This document shows, one piece after another, positions 16,596 to 26,339 of a DNA stretch of 64,000 bases. The notes under the pieces are model-generated. The model was not told the origin of the DNA, did no database searches, and worked only from the letters and a program-made list of their open reading frames with translations. Numbering within the stretch: position 1 is the stretch's first letter; every line of letters begins with the position of its first letter. The translations under genes and the position numbers were made by a program. This DNA comes from Gammaproteobacteria bacterium (GTDB lineage Bacteria; Pseudomonadota; Gammaproteobacteria; Eutrophobiales; Eutrophobiaceae), in the NCBI GenBank assembly GCA_965116495.1, contig OZ220696.1, positions 2,304,001 through 2,368,000 on the forward strand, read 5' to 3'.

Positions 16596-19544
16596 TCAGG
16601 CGACCTGCCTCTTTACCAGTTCTTTGAATACTCCTTCCTCCTCCATGAGTTCGTTGAAGGATCCGCTCTGCACAACTTTTCCGGCCTGCATCACAAAGAT
16701 TCGATCAGCCTGTTGCAATGAGGACAGGCGGTGGGCGATAACGATCCGGGTCGAGGTGAGGAGCGCCAGGTTCTGCATGACCTCGGCCTGGTTTTCGTTA
16801 TCGAGCCAGTTGGTTGCCTCGTCAAGCAGCATGACCCGCGGGCTGGCGAGCAGTGAACGGGCGATGGTGACGCGCTGGCTCTCGCCACCCGAAAGGACGG
16901 CGCCGCTGGACCCGACCATGGTCATCATGCCCATGGGCATCGCCTTGATTTCCTTTTCTATTCCGGCGGCACGGGCCGTCTGCCACACTTCCTCTGTTGT
17001 CGTCGGCTCGTGGTGCGCGACGATATTGTCCCAAACATCCTGGGGATGGAGACGCACTGACTGCGGCACCGAGCCAACTTTCCGGCGCACTTGCTTCAGG
17101 TTCAGGTGCCTCAGGTCACGCCCGTCATAATAAACCGCGCCGGCAGTTGGCGAATCGATGCCGAGGGCAAGCCGGAACAAGGTACTCTTGCCGGCGCCGG
17201 ACTCGCCGGCGATCGCGATAAATTCGCCGGGTCGCGCGCGAATAGTGACATCGTCGAGGATCAACGGGCCGTCGGGATCGTAGCGAAAGGAAATACGGTC
17301 GAACAGGACTTCGCCGCCCAGACGTTCAACCGGCTCACCTTCAACGGCTGCTTCAGGAACTGTGGCGAGCAGCGGGCGCATCTGGTCGAACGCCGGCAGC
17401 ATGGCGGCAATAGCGCCGAAGGACTCGCCAAGGCGGGCGATTGCGGACTGGAAAGCGATGAAGACAACGTAAACGACGAGAAAATCGCCGACAGGAACGT
17501 TGCGGTCACCCACCGCGGCCACTGCGAAAAGCAATGCCCCGCCGGCGAGAAAGGGGAGCGCGGCAGCGAATGCCCGCGAGTGCCCCTCAAGTGCGCCCAG
17601 TTCGATTTCTGCGCGTTTCTGTTCGCGATAATCCCGGGCCCAGATGGCGAATGCCGACCCTTCCGCATTTTCCACACGCAGCTTGGCGATGCCTCCCACG
17701 ATCTGGAACAGCCGGCCGGATACACGACGTACAGCGCTGATCATCCGCCCGTACGGTGCAACCTGGCGCAACCCAATGGCGACGGTGACCAGCAGGGAAA
17801 CCAGGCTGAAGCCAAGGGCGATGACCCCGAGGGTGGCATCGTAGAAGAAGATGACGCCAAAAACCGGCAACAGGAAAATGATCGACAGCAGGCTGTCGGC
17901 GATGACTCCCTGCAAGCCGTCGCGAAGATTCTGGAATGTCATCCCCGACATGGCCAGGTCGCCGGCCGGATAGCGGTGCAGAATGCTTGACGGTAGGCGC
18001 ATGAGGCGGTCCCAGAAGGCAGCTTCGACCCTTGATGCCGAACGCCCCTCGAGCCGCATCAGCGCCGATCCCTGCAGCAGGTGCAGCAGTGCGCCGAGCA
18101 GGCCGAACGCCGCCAACGTCACGGCCACGGCATACAGCGCGCCGGCGCTTCCCCCCCCGCCCCCGATATGATTCGCAACGAAACCAAGCGCAACTGCCGG
18201 CAGCAGTTTGACCAGGCCGCCCGGAAGCCCGGCCAGCACCAGCCGCAGTAGGTCCGCGGCCGTTCCTTGCATGGCGATCCCCAGCAGGTCTGCCGGTTTT
18301 ACGGGTGCCGACGGCAATGGCCGGTAGAACACCCAGGCTTCGTCCTTCAGCGCCTCAGCACGAGCCGCCGTAACCCGAACGCTGCGCTTGGTGACCGGAT
18401 CAACTTCCCGGTAGCGTCCGAACATTCCCGGTATCAGTGCGACCGGCTGGTCGTCCCCGGCGCGGAATGCCAGTAGTGCGTTGCTGTCACTGCGCCACCA
18501 GTTGCCCGCGGCCTCGAAGCGCACGCGCCGGGCGCGTACCCCTGACGAATCAAGCACGTCTACGAGGCGGATCGGTGAATCCGAAGGTCGGGAGCGCGCT
18601 GGAATCCTGAAATCGATGCCTTCATGACGGCCGACGATTTGCAAGGCATCCGCCAGCACCGTGTCCTCGACGCTGGCCTCCCGGTCGATCGGCAGGTCAT
18701 AGATATTGAAAAGCCGCTGCCGGGCAGCTTGTTCGGCCGTGCGGCGGCTGGTTGTCCGCTCGCGCTCGAGATTCGCATCATCGACCACGGCCAGTCGGCG
18801 ATTAAGGCGTTCCAGGTTAAAGGCAAGCGCGTGAAAGGAGGCGAGCGCCGGCAGCAGCATGCCTTGCTGGGCCAGTGTTTCGGTTGATTTGCCGGAAACT
18901 GTCGCCTCGTCGAACAAGGTGAGCCAGTTCGTCCGCGTCAGTGGTATCAACGCTTCGCGCGAGCCGCCTGTCTCGGCAAGTTGCGCCGGGTCGACCATAT
19001 CCATGAACAGGCTTGCTCCGAGGGACGGTTCGGACACCCATACCACGCCGCGTCGCACGGACAGCGTACAAGGGCCCAGTGACTGCGTCAGACCGGGTTC
19101 GGCCAGCGCAGTCGGTCGCGGCAGGTGGCTGACGAAACGCGAAAGTGTGTCAGTCATGTCGGTGAGCCAGGTATCGGCCTGTTGCGCCAGTTCTGCCGGA
19201 TGAACCTCGGACAGCAGGGATGCCGGCAGCCGTTTCAGAAGGGTGCCCGGCAACCCCTTGGCGATCAGGCTGAGCGTGGTGACTTTGCCATTGTCGTCCT
19301 GTTCGTCCGCTACGACACCCGGCAACAACCTGCCCGATTCGCAACGCAGCAGGTGCTGCGGCGCCGCCTGCTCTACCCCGTCCCTGAATTCGACCAGGAA
19401 CAGATCGACGGCACCCTGGTCAATGAACCAGACATTGTCCGCATCGTCGAGCGTTACCGGCAGGTTGCCGGCGCAAGGCACGGATGTGCCGGAGTGGGCG
19501 GCAAGCCGGCTTATTGATGCGTGTTCCGGCATGGCGTCCTGCAT
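16596..19544 (-). CDS. NHLP bacteriocin system ABC transporter permease/ATPase
   Basis: N-terminal cNMP-like region, membrane domain, GESGAGKS, LSGGESQR, LLDEAT; companion of the peptidase-ABC. Confidence 0.9.
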   Translation of the reverse strand: MQDAMPEHASISRLAAHSGTSVPCAGNLPVTLDDADNVWFIDQGAVDLFLVEFRDGVEQAAPQHLLRCESGRLLPGVVADEQDDNGKVTTLSLIAKGLPGTLLKRLPASLLSEVHPAELAQQADTWLTDMTDTLSRFVSHLPRPTALAEPGLTQSLGPCTLSVRRGVVWVSEPSLGASLFMDMVDPAQLAETGGSREALIPLTRTNWLTLFDEATVSGKSTETLAQQGMLLPALASFHALAFNLERLNRRLAVVDDANLERERTTSRRTAEQAARQRLFNIYDLPIDREASVEDTVLADALQIVGRHEGIDFRIPARSRPSDSPIRLVDVLDSSGVRARRVRFEAAGNWWRSDSNALLAFRAGDDQPVALIPGMFGRYREVDPVTKRSVRVTAARAEALKDEAWVFYRPLPSAPVKPADLLGIAMQGTAADLLRLVLAGLPGGLVKLLPAVALGFVANHIGGGGGSAGALYAVAVTLAAFGLLGALLHLLQGSALMRLEGRSASRVEAAFWDRLMRLPSSILHRYPAGDLAMSGMTFQNLRDGLQGVIADSLLSIIFLLPVFGVIFFYDATLGVIALGFSLVSLLVTVAIGLRQVAPYGRMISAVRRVSGRLFQIVGGIAKLRVENAEGSAFAIWARDYREQKRAEIELGALEGHSRAFAAALPFLAGGALLFAVAAVGDRNVPVGDFLVVYVVFIAFQSAIARLGESFGAIAAMLPAFDQMRPLLATVPEAAVEGEPVERLGGEVLFDRISFRYDPDGPLILDDVTIRARPGEFIAIAGESGAGKSTLFRLALGIDSPTAGAVYYDGRDLRHLNLKQVRRKVGSVPQSVRLHPQDVWDNIVAHHEPTTTEEVWQTARAAGIEKEIKAMPMGMMTMVGSSGAVLSGGESQRVTIARSLLASPRVMLLDEATNWLDNENQAEVMQNLALLTSTRIVIAHRLSSLQQADRIFVMQAGKVVQSGSFNELMEEEGVFKELVKRQVA

Positions 19545-21754
19545 CAGCCTGATTTGACCAGTTTGTAATACATGCCGGCCTGGTCCGCAATCAACTCGTC
19601 GTGGGTGCCGCGCTGCACTTCGGCGCCCTTGTCGAGTACTATGATCTCATCACAATCCCGCACCGTGCTCAGCCGGTGCGCCACGATCAGGCAGGTGACA
19701 CCGCGACGCCGTAAGGCATCATCCACATATTCCTCCGTGGCGGCATCGAGTGCGCTGGTCGCCTCGTCCAGAATGAGCACTGTCGGATTGCCCACCAGCC
19801 CGCGGGCGATTTCCAGCCGTTGTCGCTGGCCGCCGCTGAAATTCGCCCCGCCTTCCTCGACGAGGGTCGCGTATCCATGCGGCCTGATCAGGATTTCCTC
19901 ATGGATGCAGGCATCCCGTGTTGCGGCAATGATGACTTCATCCGGAACGGCCGGGTTCCACAAGGTGATATTGTCTCGCACGGACGCGGAAAACAGCACG
20001 GCCTCCTGGTCCACCATGGAAATGGACCGCCGCAGTACTTCCTCGGGGATCTCATCCCGCGGATGGCCATCTAGCAGTATTTCACCAGACCATGGCTGAC
20101 TGATTCCCGAAACGAGACGCGCCAGGGTCGACTTGCCGGAACCGCTTGGACCGACCACGGCAACCCGCTGCCCCGGTTTGATCACGAGGTTGAAGTCCTT
20201 GATCAAGGGCGGTCGGCTCTTGTTGTAACCGAAGGTGACGTTGCGCAATTCGAGACTGCCCGCAAGCTGTAGCCGGCCGTTGAACGTGGGGATTGCCTGC
20301 GCTTCCGGACTGCGGCGGCTGAACACGGGGTCTTCAGCGGTCCTGGAGATGTCATCCAGCCGTTGCAAATCGGTTTCGAGCGCCTGGCGTTTGTCGGCGA
20401 ACTCCAGAAACCGCCCAACCGGCGCCAGAAACATCTCTGCCAGTATGTAGAACCCGACCAGCGCCCCCAGGGTCATTGCTCCGGTCATGACCAGGCTCCC
20501 CCCAAACCCCAGGATTGCCGCGGCGCGAAATGCCGCGATCAGGCCGGGAAGCGCGCTATTGACGGCGCCCAGTTCGGAGTAGCGTTGGCGCGCATGAAGT
20601 TCGCTTGCCTGCTGGCCGCTCCAGCGCGAAAAAAAACGATCGTCCGACCCTGTCATGCGCAGGTTATCCGCATGACTCAACATCTGCATACCAACGCCGA
20701 TCAGCAATCCCTGCTCGCGCCTCATTGCCTGGCTTCGAACTTCCCTGAGCGCGCTCAGGAAGCGGGCCAGCACTCCGTGCAGGAGAGCCAGCAACAGCAC
20801 GATCAGCGTTAGCAGGACATCGTAGGCCAACATCGCGACAAGCAACACTGCGCTCATGGCCATGTCTACAATGAGCACAAGAAACTGCTCCGTCAGGTTT
20901 TTCGCGATGCGATCGATGGACGAGACCCGGTCGGTGAGGTCGCCGGCCAGCCTGTGTTCAAAAAACTCCACCGGCAGCCGCAGCAGCCGCGACAGGCCCC
21001 GGTTGTAGCCGATCACCGAAACCCGGACCGCGAGCCGCTTGAGGAAACGGTGCTTGAGCAAGGTCAGGACGTATACCAGGATGCCGCCGCCAATCAAGGC
21101 GGCCACCAATCCGCCCCAGGGTCCGTGGTTTTCCAGAACGTCGTCTACGAAAACACCGAGAGTTGCGGGAACGACAAGCGCCAGCAACGTCAACATGAGG
21201 CCACAGGCAATCACCCCGGTAAGCACGCCCCACGATTCGGCGAGCAAGGCGCCCAGTTGCCTGACTAGGTTTGGCCGGTCACCGCCGGGCTTGAAATCGG
21301 GACCGCACTTGAAGCGAAGCATAATCCCGCTGTAGCCCTTGGTAAACTCTTCTGCGCTAACCCTGCGTTTCCCTGTGGCAGGGTCATTCAGGTAGAAACT
21401 TTGGCCATCGAACCCTTCGAGCACAACGAAATGGCTGAATTGCCAGAATAAAATCAGCGGAAGCTCCACCCGTTTCAGCTGATCGGCGCGCAGGCTGAGC
21501 CCTTTGCATTCAAGACCATAGTACCTGGCGGCGCGCAGGATGCTTGCCGCACTGCTGCCGTCACGGCTCACTTCACATTTATCGCGTAATTCAGTCAACG
21601 GCGCCCAGCGCCCGAAATAAGCCAGGACGATCCCGAGACAGGCGGCGCCACATTCCGACGCATGCATCTGCAACAGAACCGGTGTGTTGACCTTCTTTTT
21701 CAAAACGTCCGAAGACGCCTTATCCCTGGCTCCCTTGGGGGCGCTCGATGGCAT
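19544..21754 (-). CDS. NHLP export ABC transporter with C39 peptidase domain
   Basis: QMHASECGAACL, HFVV, NDPA (C39 Cys-His-Asp), GPSGSGKS, FSGGQRQR. Confidence 0.93.
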   Translation of the reverse strand: MPSSAPKGARDKASSDVLKKKVNTPVLLQMHASECGAACLGIVLAYFGRWAPLTELRDKCEVSRDGSSAASILRAARYYGLECKGLSLRADQLKRVELPLILFWQFSHFVVLEGFDGQSFYLNDPATGKRRVSAEEFTKGYSGIMLRFKCGPDFKPGGDRPNLVRQLGALLAESWGVLTGVIACGLMLTLLALVVPATLGVFVDDVLENHGPWGGLVAALIGGGILVYVLTLLKHRFLKRLAVRVSVIGYNRGLSRLLRLPVEFFEHRLAGDLTDRVSSIDRIAKNLTEQFLVLIVDMAMSAVLLVAMLAYDVLLTLIVLLLALLHGVLARFLSALREVRSQAMRREQGLLIGVGMQMLSHADNLRMTGSDDRFFSRWSGQQASELHARQRYSELGAVNSALPGLIAAFRAAAILGFGGSLVMTGAMTLGALVGFYILAEMFLAPVGRFLEFADKRQALETDLQRLDDISRTAEDPVFSRRSPEAQAIPTFNGRLQLAGSLELRNVTFGYNKSRPPLIKDFNLVIKPGQRVAVVGPSGSGKSTLARLVSGISQPWSGEILLDGHPRDEIPEEVLRRSISMVDQEAVLFSASVRDNITLWNPAVPDEVIIAATRDACIHEEILIRPHGYATLVEEGGANFSGGQRQRLEIARGLVGNPTVLILDEATSALDAATEEYVDDALRRRGVTCLIVAHRLSTVRDCDEIIVLDKGAEVQRGTHDELIADQAGMYYKLVKSG

Positions 21755-21755
21755 C

Positions 21756-22307
21756 TTATAGTCGCGTCGTAAGGAACAGTTCTATCGGAGATTGCCTGCC
21801 AAGCCCGATAACCAGCCGGCATTCCCTGCTGGTGAGGGAGTCCGGCTCAAGACCTTCTTCGAGAACGATATCGACACGGTGCAGGGACTCAGGCGCCTCG
21901 GGCAGAAACGCCGACATCCCGCCGGAAATGGGTATAGCGGAAATTGCCTTGACTGCACCGTCCAGTGTGCCTGCTTTTGCATCTTTCGTGTCCAACTCAA
22001 CCATTACCGGCATCCCGGCCTCGATTGACGGCGCGGTGCTGCTCTGCATCCAGACAAGGGCCTGCACAAGCCGGCTTCCTTCAGGTGAGGTTTCACCTTG
22101 TTCAATAAGTATGCCGTTGAACTCAATACTACGGGCTATGTTGCCGAAGAGAAGCCATGCTGAGAGTATTAACAGGAAAACGGCAATTGCCGCGACAAGC
22201 AGGCGTTCATGCGGTGTGGAAATCGTCAGCAGCCGGTCGAGTTGCTCGCGTTCTTCCTTCGCCTCAGCTACCGTATCGTGAAATGATTCAAACGGATTGT
22301 TGAACAT
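21756..22307 (-). CDS. Short NHLP secretion (HlyD-like) protein lacking the coiled-coil hairpin
   Basis: EQLDRLLTISTP motif, one TM helix, G...GMPV.V beta-barrel, C-terminal QSPIELF; only 183 aa. Confidence 0.7.
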   Translation of the reverse strand: MFNNPFESFHDTVAEAKEEREQLDRLLTISTPHERLLVAAIAVFLLILSAWLLFGNIARSIEFNGILIEQGETSPEGSRLVQALVWMQSSTAPSIEAGMPVMVELDTKDAKAGTLDGAVKAISAIPISGGMSAFLPEAPESLHRVDIVLEEGLEPDSLTSRECRLVIGLGRQSPIELFLTTRL

Positions 22308-22433
22308 GGCCGGGAATATCCCCCCAAATGTGTGTAATCCAGTAAGACCAGGAAAATCTTATTCGGCTAACTCGATGATTTGCTTGATGTTAAAATAAAT
22401 CAGCTTTTTTAACAAGCAGTAATTCCGGGGATG

Positions 22434-22574
22434 GATGATGTGTGCCTTCCTGGCACACACCCTATGGGCGTCCTTCGGACGTCCAAATCGGCTCCTGGCG
22501 GATTTGTGGGGTCAGAGTAAAATATTGAAGCGCATTGCCGGTGGCTGGATCGGTGGTGATATTACTCTGACCCC
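22434..22574. repeat. Two adjacent REP/MITE-like palindromic elements
   Basis: 22434-22508 multi-hairpin unit (gggcgtccttcggacgtcc; caaatcggc..gcggatttg) related to 43030-43102; then ggggtcagagtaa (22508-22520) ... ttactctgacccc (22562-22574), a perfect 13-bp IR. Confidence 0.7.
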
Positions 22575-22591
22575 TGCTTTGCAGATGTTTC

Positions 22592-24865
22592 TCACGCAAT
22601 TACAGGGACGGGATTCAGTTCAGCCTCCCCGGTGGGGCAATCCCGCCAGCCCATCTCAACCGGTACGTCATATAGGCGTCCCGGTGCGAAGCGTTCCCAG
22701 AAGTGACGCAGGCCCGGCACGATCACGCGCGCCACGGGCATACCGATGTCAGGCCGGGTCTGGTCGAGCACCAACAATTCCATCCCCCTCACTTCGACCA
22801 ACCCACGGCACCATTCCACATCGTCTCTCAGGTCTTCCGTATCCGGAACCGAATAATCGGAACTCTGGCTCAACCTGGCATCGCCTGCAGGCGCGAGATG
22901 GGGGTGGTCGGCCAGTTTGCCGTTCTTCCACCACCACAGACACATCGGATCATCGACCCCGTACCCGCTTTGAGCATTGCCCGGGCGAGGGACCCAGGTG
23001 AGGCACTGGTTCAATTCACACACGGCCCGCAGCGCCGCAATCCGGGGGTCGGCGTGTGCGCCTGCGCCATAGATGATGTCTTCGGCCACGCCATCGTTGC
23101 TGCGGGACAGTGCAACAAAGGCAGGAATTCCAAGGTCGCCGGTAAGGTCCAGCAGCCACATTTCGCGATTGTATTGATGATAATAACCTGGGGCAGATGC
23201 CAGGTACTCGTCAGCAAAGCTATCCAGGTCCACTCCGGGCCTTTGCAGCCGGTTGTACCACCAGATTGCGACGGCATCGCGTTCGACCAGTTCAAAAAAC
23301 CCCTGCAGAACAGCTTCTTCCAGGGTGTTCCCGGCTGCACAGCCGTTGGAGTCGGACCAAAGCCCCGAGGTTCCCCGCTGCTCCGGAGTCATTCCGTAGA
23401 GGATGGCTGTCGGTAACCAGCATTGCCGGTCCCGGGTGAGCGACCATACCGGAGACCAGTCCAGTTCATGCTCCGGGTCGAAGCGCGCCGGAACGACATT
23501 ATACGGGTGGCCGCGTGCGTTGATCTCTTGCGCATGGTCCAGTTGCCGGTCGCTGAACAACTGGACGTCGTTCGGGTGGATCGCCTCTCCATCCGCCGCT
23601 CCGGAAAAATCCGCCAGGCGCCTGCGGCAACGGATTTCATCACCGTGGAAAGCGCCGGAATAGCGCTCGACCGCTTCGCACAGCGCACTGACCTCGGATT
23701 GCTCCGCGCTGCTGCCCTTACCTGCACTCTTGCTGCGCAGGCTGCGCCGCAATGAGCTCAGGTTCTTGATTCTCAAGGCAAGATTGCTGCCCGCCCAATG
23801 TACATGCAGCCAGGAGTCTGTTCCGGGAGTTGTGCGTGAAACCCAACTGACCACTCCACTCACCGGACTGACCAGGTGCCGGTACTTTTCAAGCGTCTCC
23901 GCAGGTGTAGCCGCCCGCACTCCGCCGCTGTTGCGAAACTGTTTCGGGCTCGCCTGCAATCGCACCGGCGTCGCCGGCCGATCAGTTTTATAGAGTTCCT
24001 CGTTTCCGCAGACCGGGCATTGCGGACGGCGCATGACCCGGTGATGTTCACTTTTCATGCCGACAACATCCAGTGTGATCGCATGGTCATGCAACGGCGC
24101 CGCATCCCCAAGGACAAACCACCTGGCGATCTCAATGGCAACAGTTCCGCTGACGACATCCAATGCCAGGGGTTCGGCTACGTTCGGACGAAACGCGGCC
24201 GCCTCGCCACAGTGATTTCGCACAAAGGAATGGACCTCCTGGTGGTTTCGAATACGGTAGGAAAGGCAGGCCCAACACGGACTTTTCTGCGCAGGCCGGA
24301 ACACAGGGCCAAACAGCGGTCGTAATCCTGCAGGCCGGACCAGCACCCATGGGATGCCCGATTCCAGGTGCTCCCGGTTGACGGCGGCAAACTCATCATC
24401 AAGATAGTCGGAACCTGCGTAAATGGACAGGGACGGGCGGTTTGTACCGACTGTAATACCCATGCCCTCAAGCCGTGTCGCGAGACGGCCGTCGTCACCC
24501 TGGATTACTACCTGCGCTTCCTGCAATCGCTCTTCAACCTGGCGCGGGGATGCACCCTGCGAGGACCAGAATGCCGCCCTGCCCCGTTCCATGTCATAAT
24601 CGCCGGATACGGTGTATCCCCTGGATTCCAGGAAAGTCAGGGCTTTGCGGACATCCGTCTCCGGATGCACCCCGTCTAGCGCATCAACAATACTTTCCCG
24701 GGAACGGCAACCGTCAAGCAACGGCAGGAGATCCCCATATACCTGCCCATGCAGGAGCGTGTTGAATGTTTCGGAAACCAGGAGCACCTGCCCGGCGCCG
24801 ATAGAGCGGTGCTCAAGGTGCGGCGCAAGCACCGGCCGTTCAATCTGGTGCGGATTAACAGCCAA
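22592..24865 (-). CDS. srpC: Fused E1-like/YcaO cyclodehydratase (TOMM C-D fusion), SrpC-like
   Basis: N-terminal RRE-like region, GPVF..PCWACL, RRPQCPVCG, YcaO motifs SAGKG, EAVERYS, SNGCAAG, ELVERD, RAVCELNQ, RVIVPGL, Pro-rich C-terminus NPVPVIA. Confidence 0.92.
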   Translation of the reverse strand: MAVNPHQIERPVLAPHLEHRSIGAGQVLLVSETFNTLLHGQVYGDLLPLLDGCRSRESIVDALDGVHPETDVRKALTFLESRGYTVSGDYDMERGRAAFWSSQGASPRQVEERLQEAQVVIQGDDGRLATRLEGMGITVGTNRPSLSIYAGSDYLDDEFAAVNREHLESGIPWVLVRPAGLRPLFGPVFRPAQKSPCWACLSYRIRNHQEVHSFVRNHCGEAAAFRPNVAEPLALDVVSGTVAIEIARWFVLGDAAPLHDHAITLDVVGMKSEHHRVMRRPQCPVCGNEELYKTDRPATPVRLQASPKQFRNSGGVRAATPAETLEKYRHLVSPVSGVVSWVSRTTPGTDSWLHVHWAGSNLALRIKNLSSLRRSLRSKSAGKGSSAEQSEVSALCEAVERYSGAFHGDEIRCRRRLADFSGAADGEAIHPNDVQLFSDRQLDHAQEINARGHPYNVVPARFDPEHELDWSPVWSLTRDRQCWLPTAILYGMTPEQRGTSGLWSDSNGCAAGNTLEEAVLQGFFELVERDAVAIWWYNRLQRPGVDLDSFADEYLASAPGYYHQYNREMWLLDLTGDLGIPAFVALSRSNDGVAEDIIYGAGAHADPRIAALRAVCELNQCLTWVPRPGNAQSGYGVDDPMCLWWWKNGKLADHPHLAPAGDARLSQSSDYSVPDTEDLRDDVEWCRGLVEVRGMELLVLDQTRPDIGMPVARVIVPGLRHFWERFAPGRLYDVPVEMGWRDCPTGEAELNPVPVIA

Positions 24866-25151
24866 GACCCTGTGACATCTGTGTATAACTGGTTAGAGGA
24901 ACCCCGCACATCCGGTCCTGGTCCGACTTGTCTTCGGCCGGCAAACTTGTCAGATGTTGCAAATGGGGAACCAGGCTCGGCCAGCTGCCTTCGCCCACCC
25001 CTATGGTCGGGATGTGGGAGTCGTATATGTGGTGCAGCTCATGATCCGGGTCAGGGTGAAGGCGAGTCACGGCAGCGGCCGCCAAAGACCCTGCGGTTCC
25101 CCGGCCAATCACTGCGATGTTCTTTAACGACTTGCTGCCAGGATTTATCAA
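24855..25151 (-). pseudogene. srpI: Flavin-dependent (tryptophan) halogenase, SrpI-like, with large in-frame internal deletion
   Basis: 98 aa only: FAD motif IAVIGRGTAGSLAA and PTIGVGEGSW joined directly to a C-terminal tail RMCGVPLTSYTQMSQGLGC. No catalytic Lys region and no WxWxIP motif; the stop still overlaps the YcaO start. Confidence 0.85.
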
Positions 25152-25367
25152 ATCAGGTGATTCTCACAAGTGTCCGTTGAAAGTTCTGCACACACCAACA
25201 ACTTGTGTAATTTTATCATGGTTTTCGGACCATTGTGTTCGGACCACTTTAACGGAATGCCAATCAAGATCAAATGGGCATCAGGCGGCGCAGACCAATC
25301 GTATCCTCGTGACGCAGTCGGGCAAAGCAGTCCGGGAAAGAGCATAAAGGGACCCGGTTGAAACTGA

Positions 25368-26312
25368 ATGAGCAATTCAGCCGACAAGTGGTTATACTAT
25401 GGTGACCATCAGGACACCCCAACCTTGAACACCACTCGCGAAATACCTCTTTCCGAGCATGAACGCTCGGTAATTGAACACTACGACAAAATGACCAGGG
25501 TGTTCTATCTCCAGTGGAGTTCCGAGCATTTTCATTTCGGTGTATTCAAGCCCGGGGAACGCCCCAGGCACAACGAGACTCCGAAAGAATCGGACGGACA
25601 TGCAAGAGCACTGGAGCGCATGGTGGAAGTCATAGTTGCCCCAGCCGGGATTGAGGGACACCATCATGTGGTGGACGCCGGGTGCGGAGTGGGCGGAACT
25701 GCCTTTCACCTGGGCAGGACGCGGGACTGCAAGGTCACGGGCGTGAACCTGAGCAAGACGCAACTGGAGATTGCCAGAAGTAAGGCAGTTAATGCCGGCC
25801 TGGGTGATCGGATAGACTTTAAGTACGCGAACTGTTCCCGGAGTCTGCCGTTCGCAGATGGCTCCGTGGACGTGGTTGTCAATATCGAAAGCGCCCGTCA
25901 CTACAGTGACCGAAGAACATTTCTCCACGAGGTATACAGGATCCTGAAACCGGGAGGAAGCATTGTGGCTTCAGACTGGGTGGTGCATGACGTAATACCG
26001 GACAGCCAGCACAAACGTTACATTCAACCGTTATGCGAGGACTGGATGCTGTATAACCTGGAGTCCCAGTCCTCGTACACCCGGTTGCTGCAGGAAGCGG
26101 GTCTGGAAGTGATTGAATTTGAGGGATTCAACGGAATGGAGTTTGACAACCTGCATCTCCTCACAAACACCTACCAGTCCCTGGGACTGCTGCGAACCGG
26201 TTACATGAAGTCGCCTGTTTTCGCCAAACTGATGACTCAGCTGGAAAGATTGTGTGTTGCCTGGCGACACAGTTACCTGGGCATCAAACGCTACTGCGCC
26301 GTGAAAGGTTAG
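25368..26312 (+). CDS. Class I SAM methyltransferase, sterol C24/tocopherol/RebM-like
   Basis: HYD...W..HFHFG, VVDAGCGVGG, VTGVNLS..QL, LPFADGSVD, ESARHY, EVYRILKPGG. Confidence 0.85.
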   Translation: MSNSADKWLYYGDHQDTPTLNTTREIPLSEHERSVIEHYDKMTRVFYLQWSSEHFHFGVFKPGERPRHNETPKESDGHARALERMVEVIVAPAGIEGHHHVVDAGCGVGGTAFHLGRTRDCKVTGVNLSKTQLEIARSKAVNAGLGDRIDFKYANCSRSLPFADGSVDVVVNIESARHYSDRRTFLHEVYRILKPGGSIVASDWVVHDVIPDSQHKRYIQPLCEDWMLYNLESQSSYTRLLQEAGLEVIEFEGFNGMEFDNLHLLTNTYQSLGLLRTGYMKSPVFAKLMTQLERLCVAWRHSYLGIKRYCAVKG

Positions 26313-26339
26313 GGATCAGGGGCTGGCCCGGATTTCTTA

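Noticed and set aside
22435-23001. 188-aa plus-strand ORF
   Set aside because: It is made of REP elements plus the antisense of YcaO.
25148-25387. Possible azoline dehydrogenase remnant or second precursor upstream of the halogenase stub
   Set aside because: No nitroreductase or leader motifs in the listed frames; treated as the divergent promoter region.
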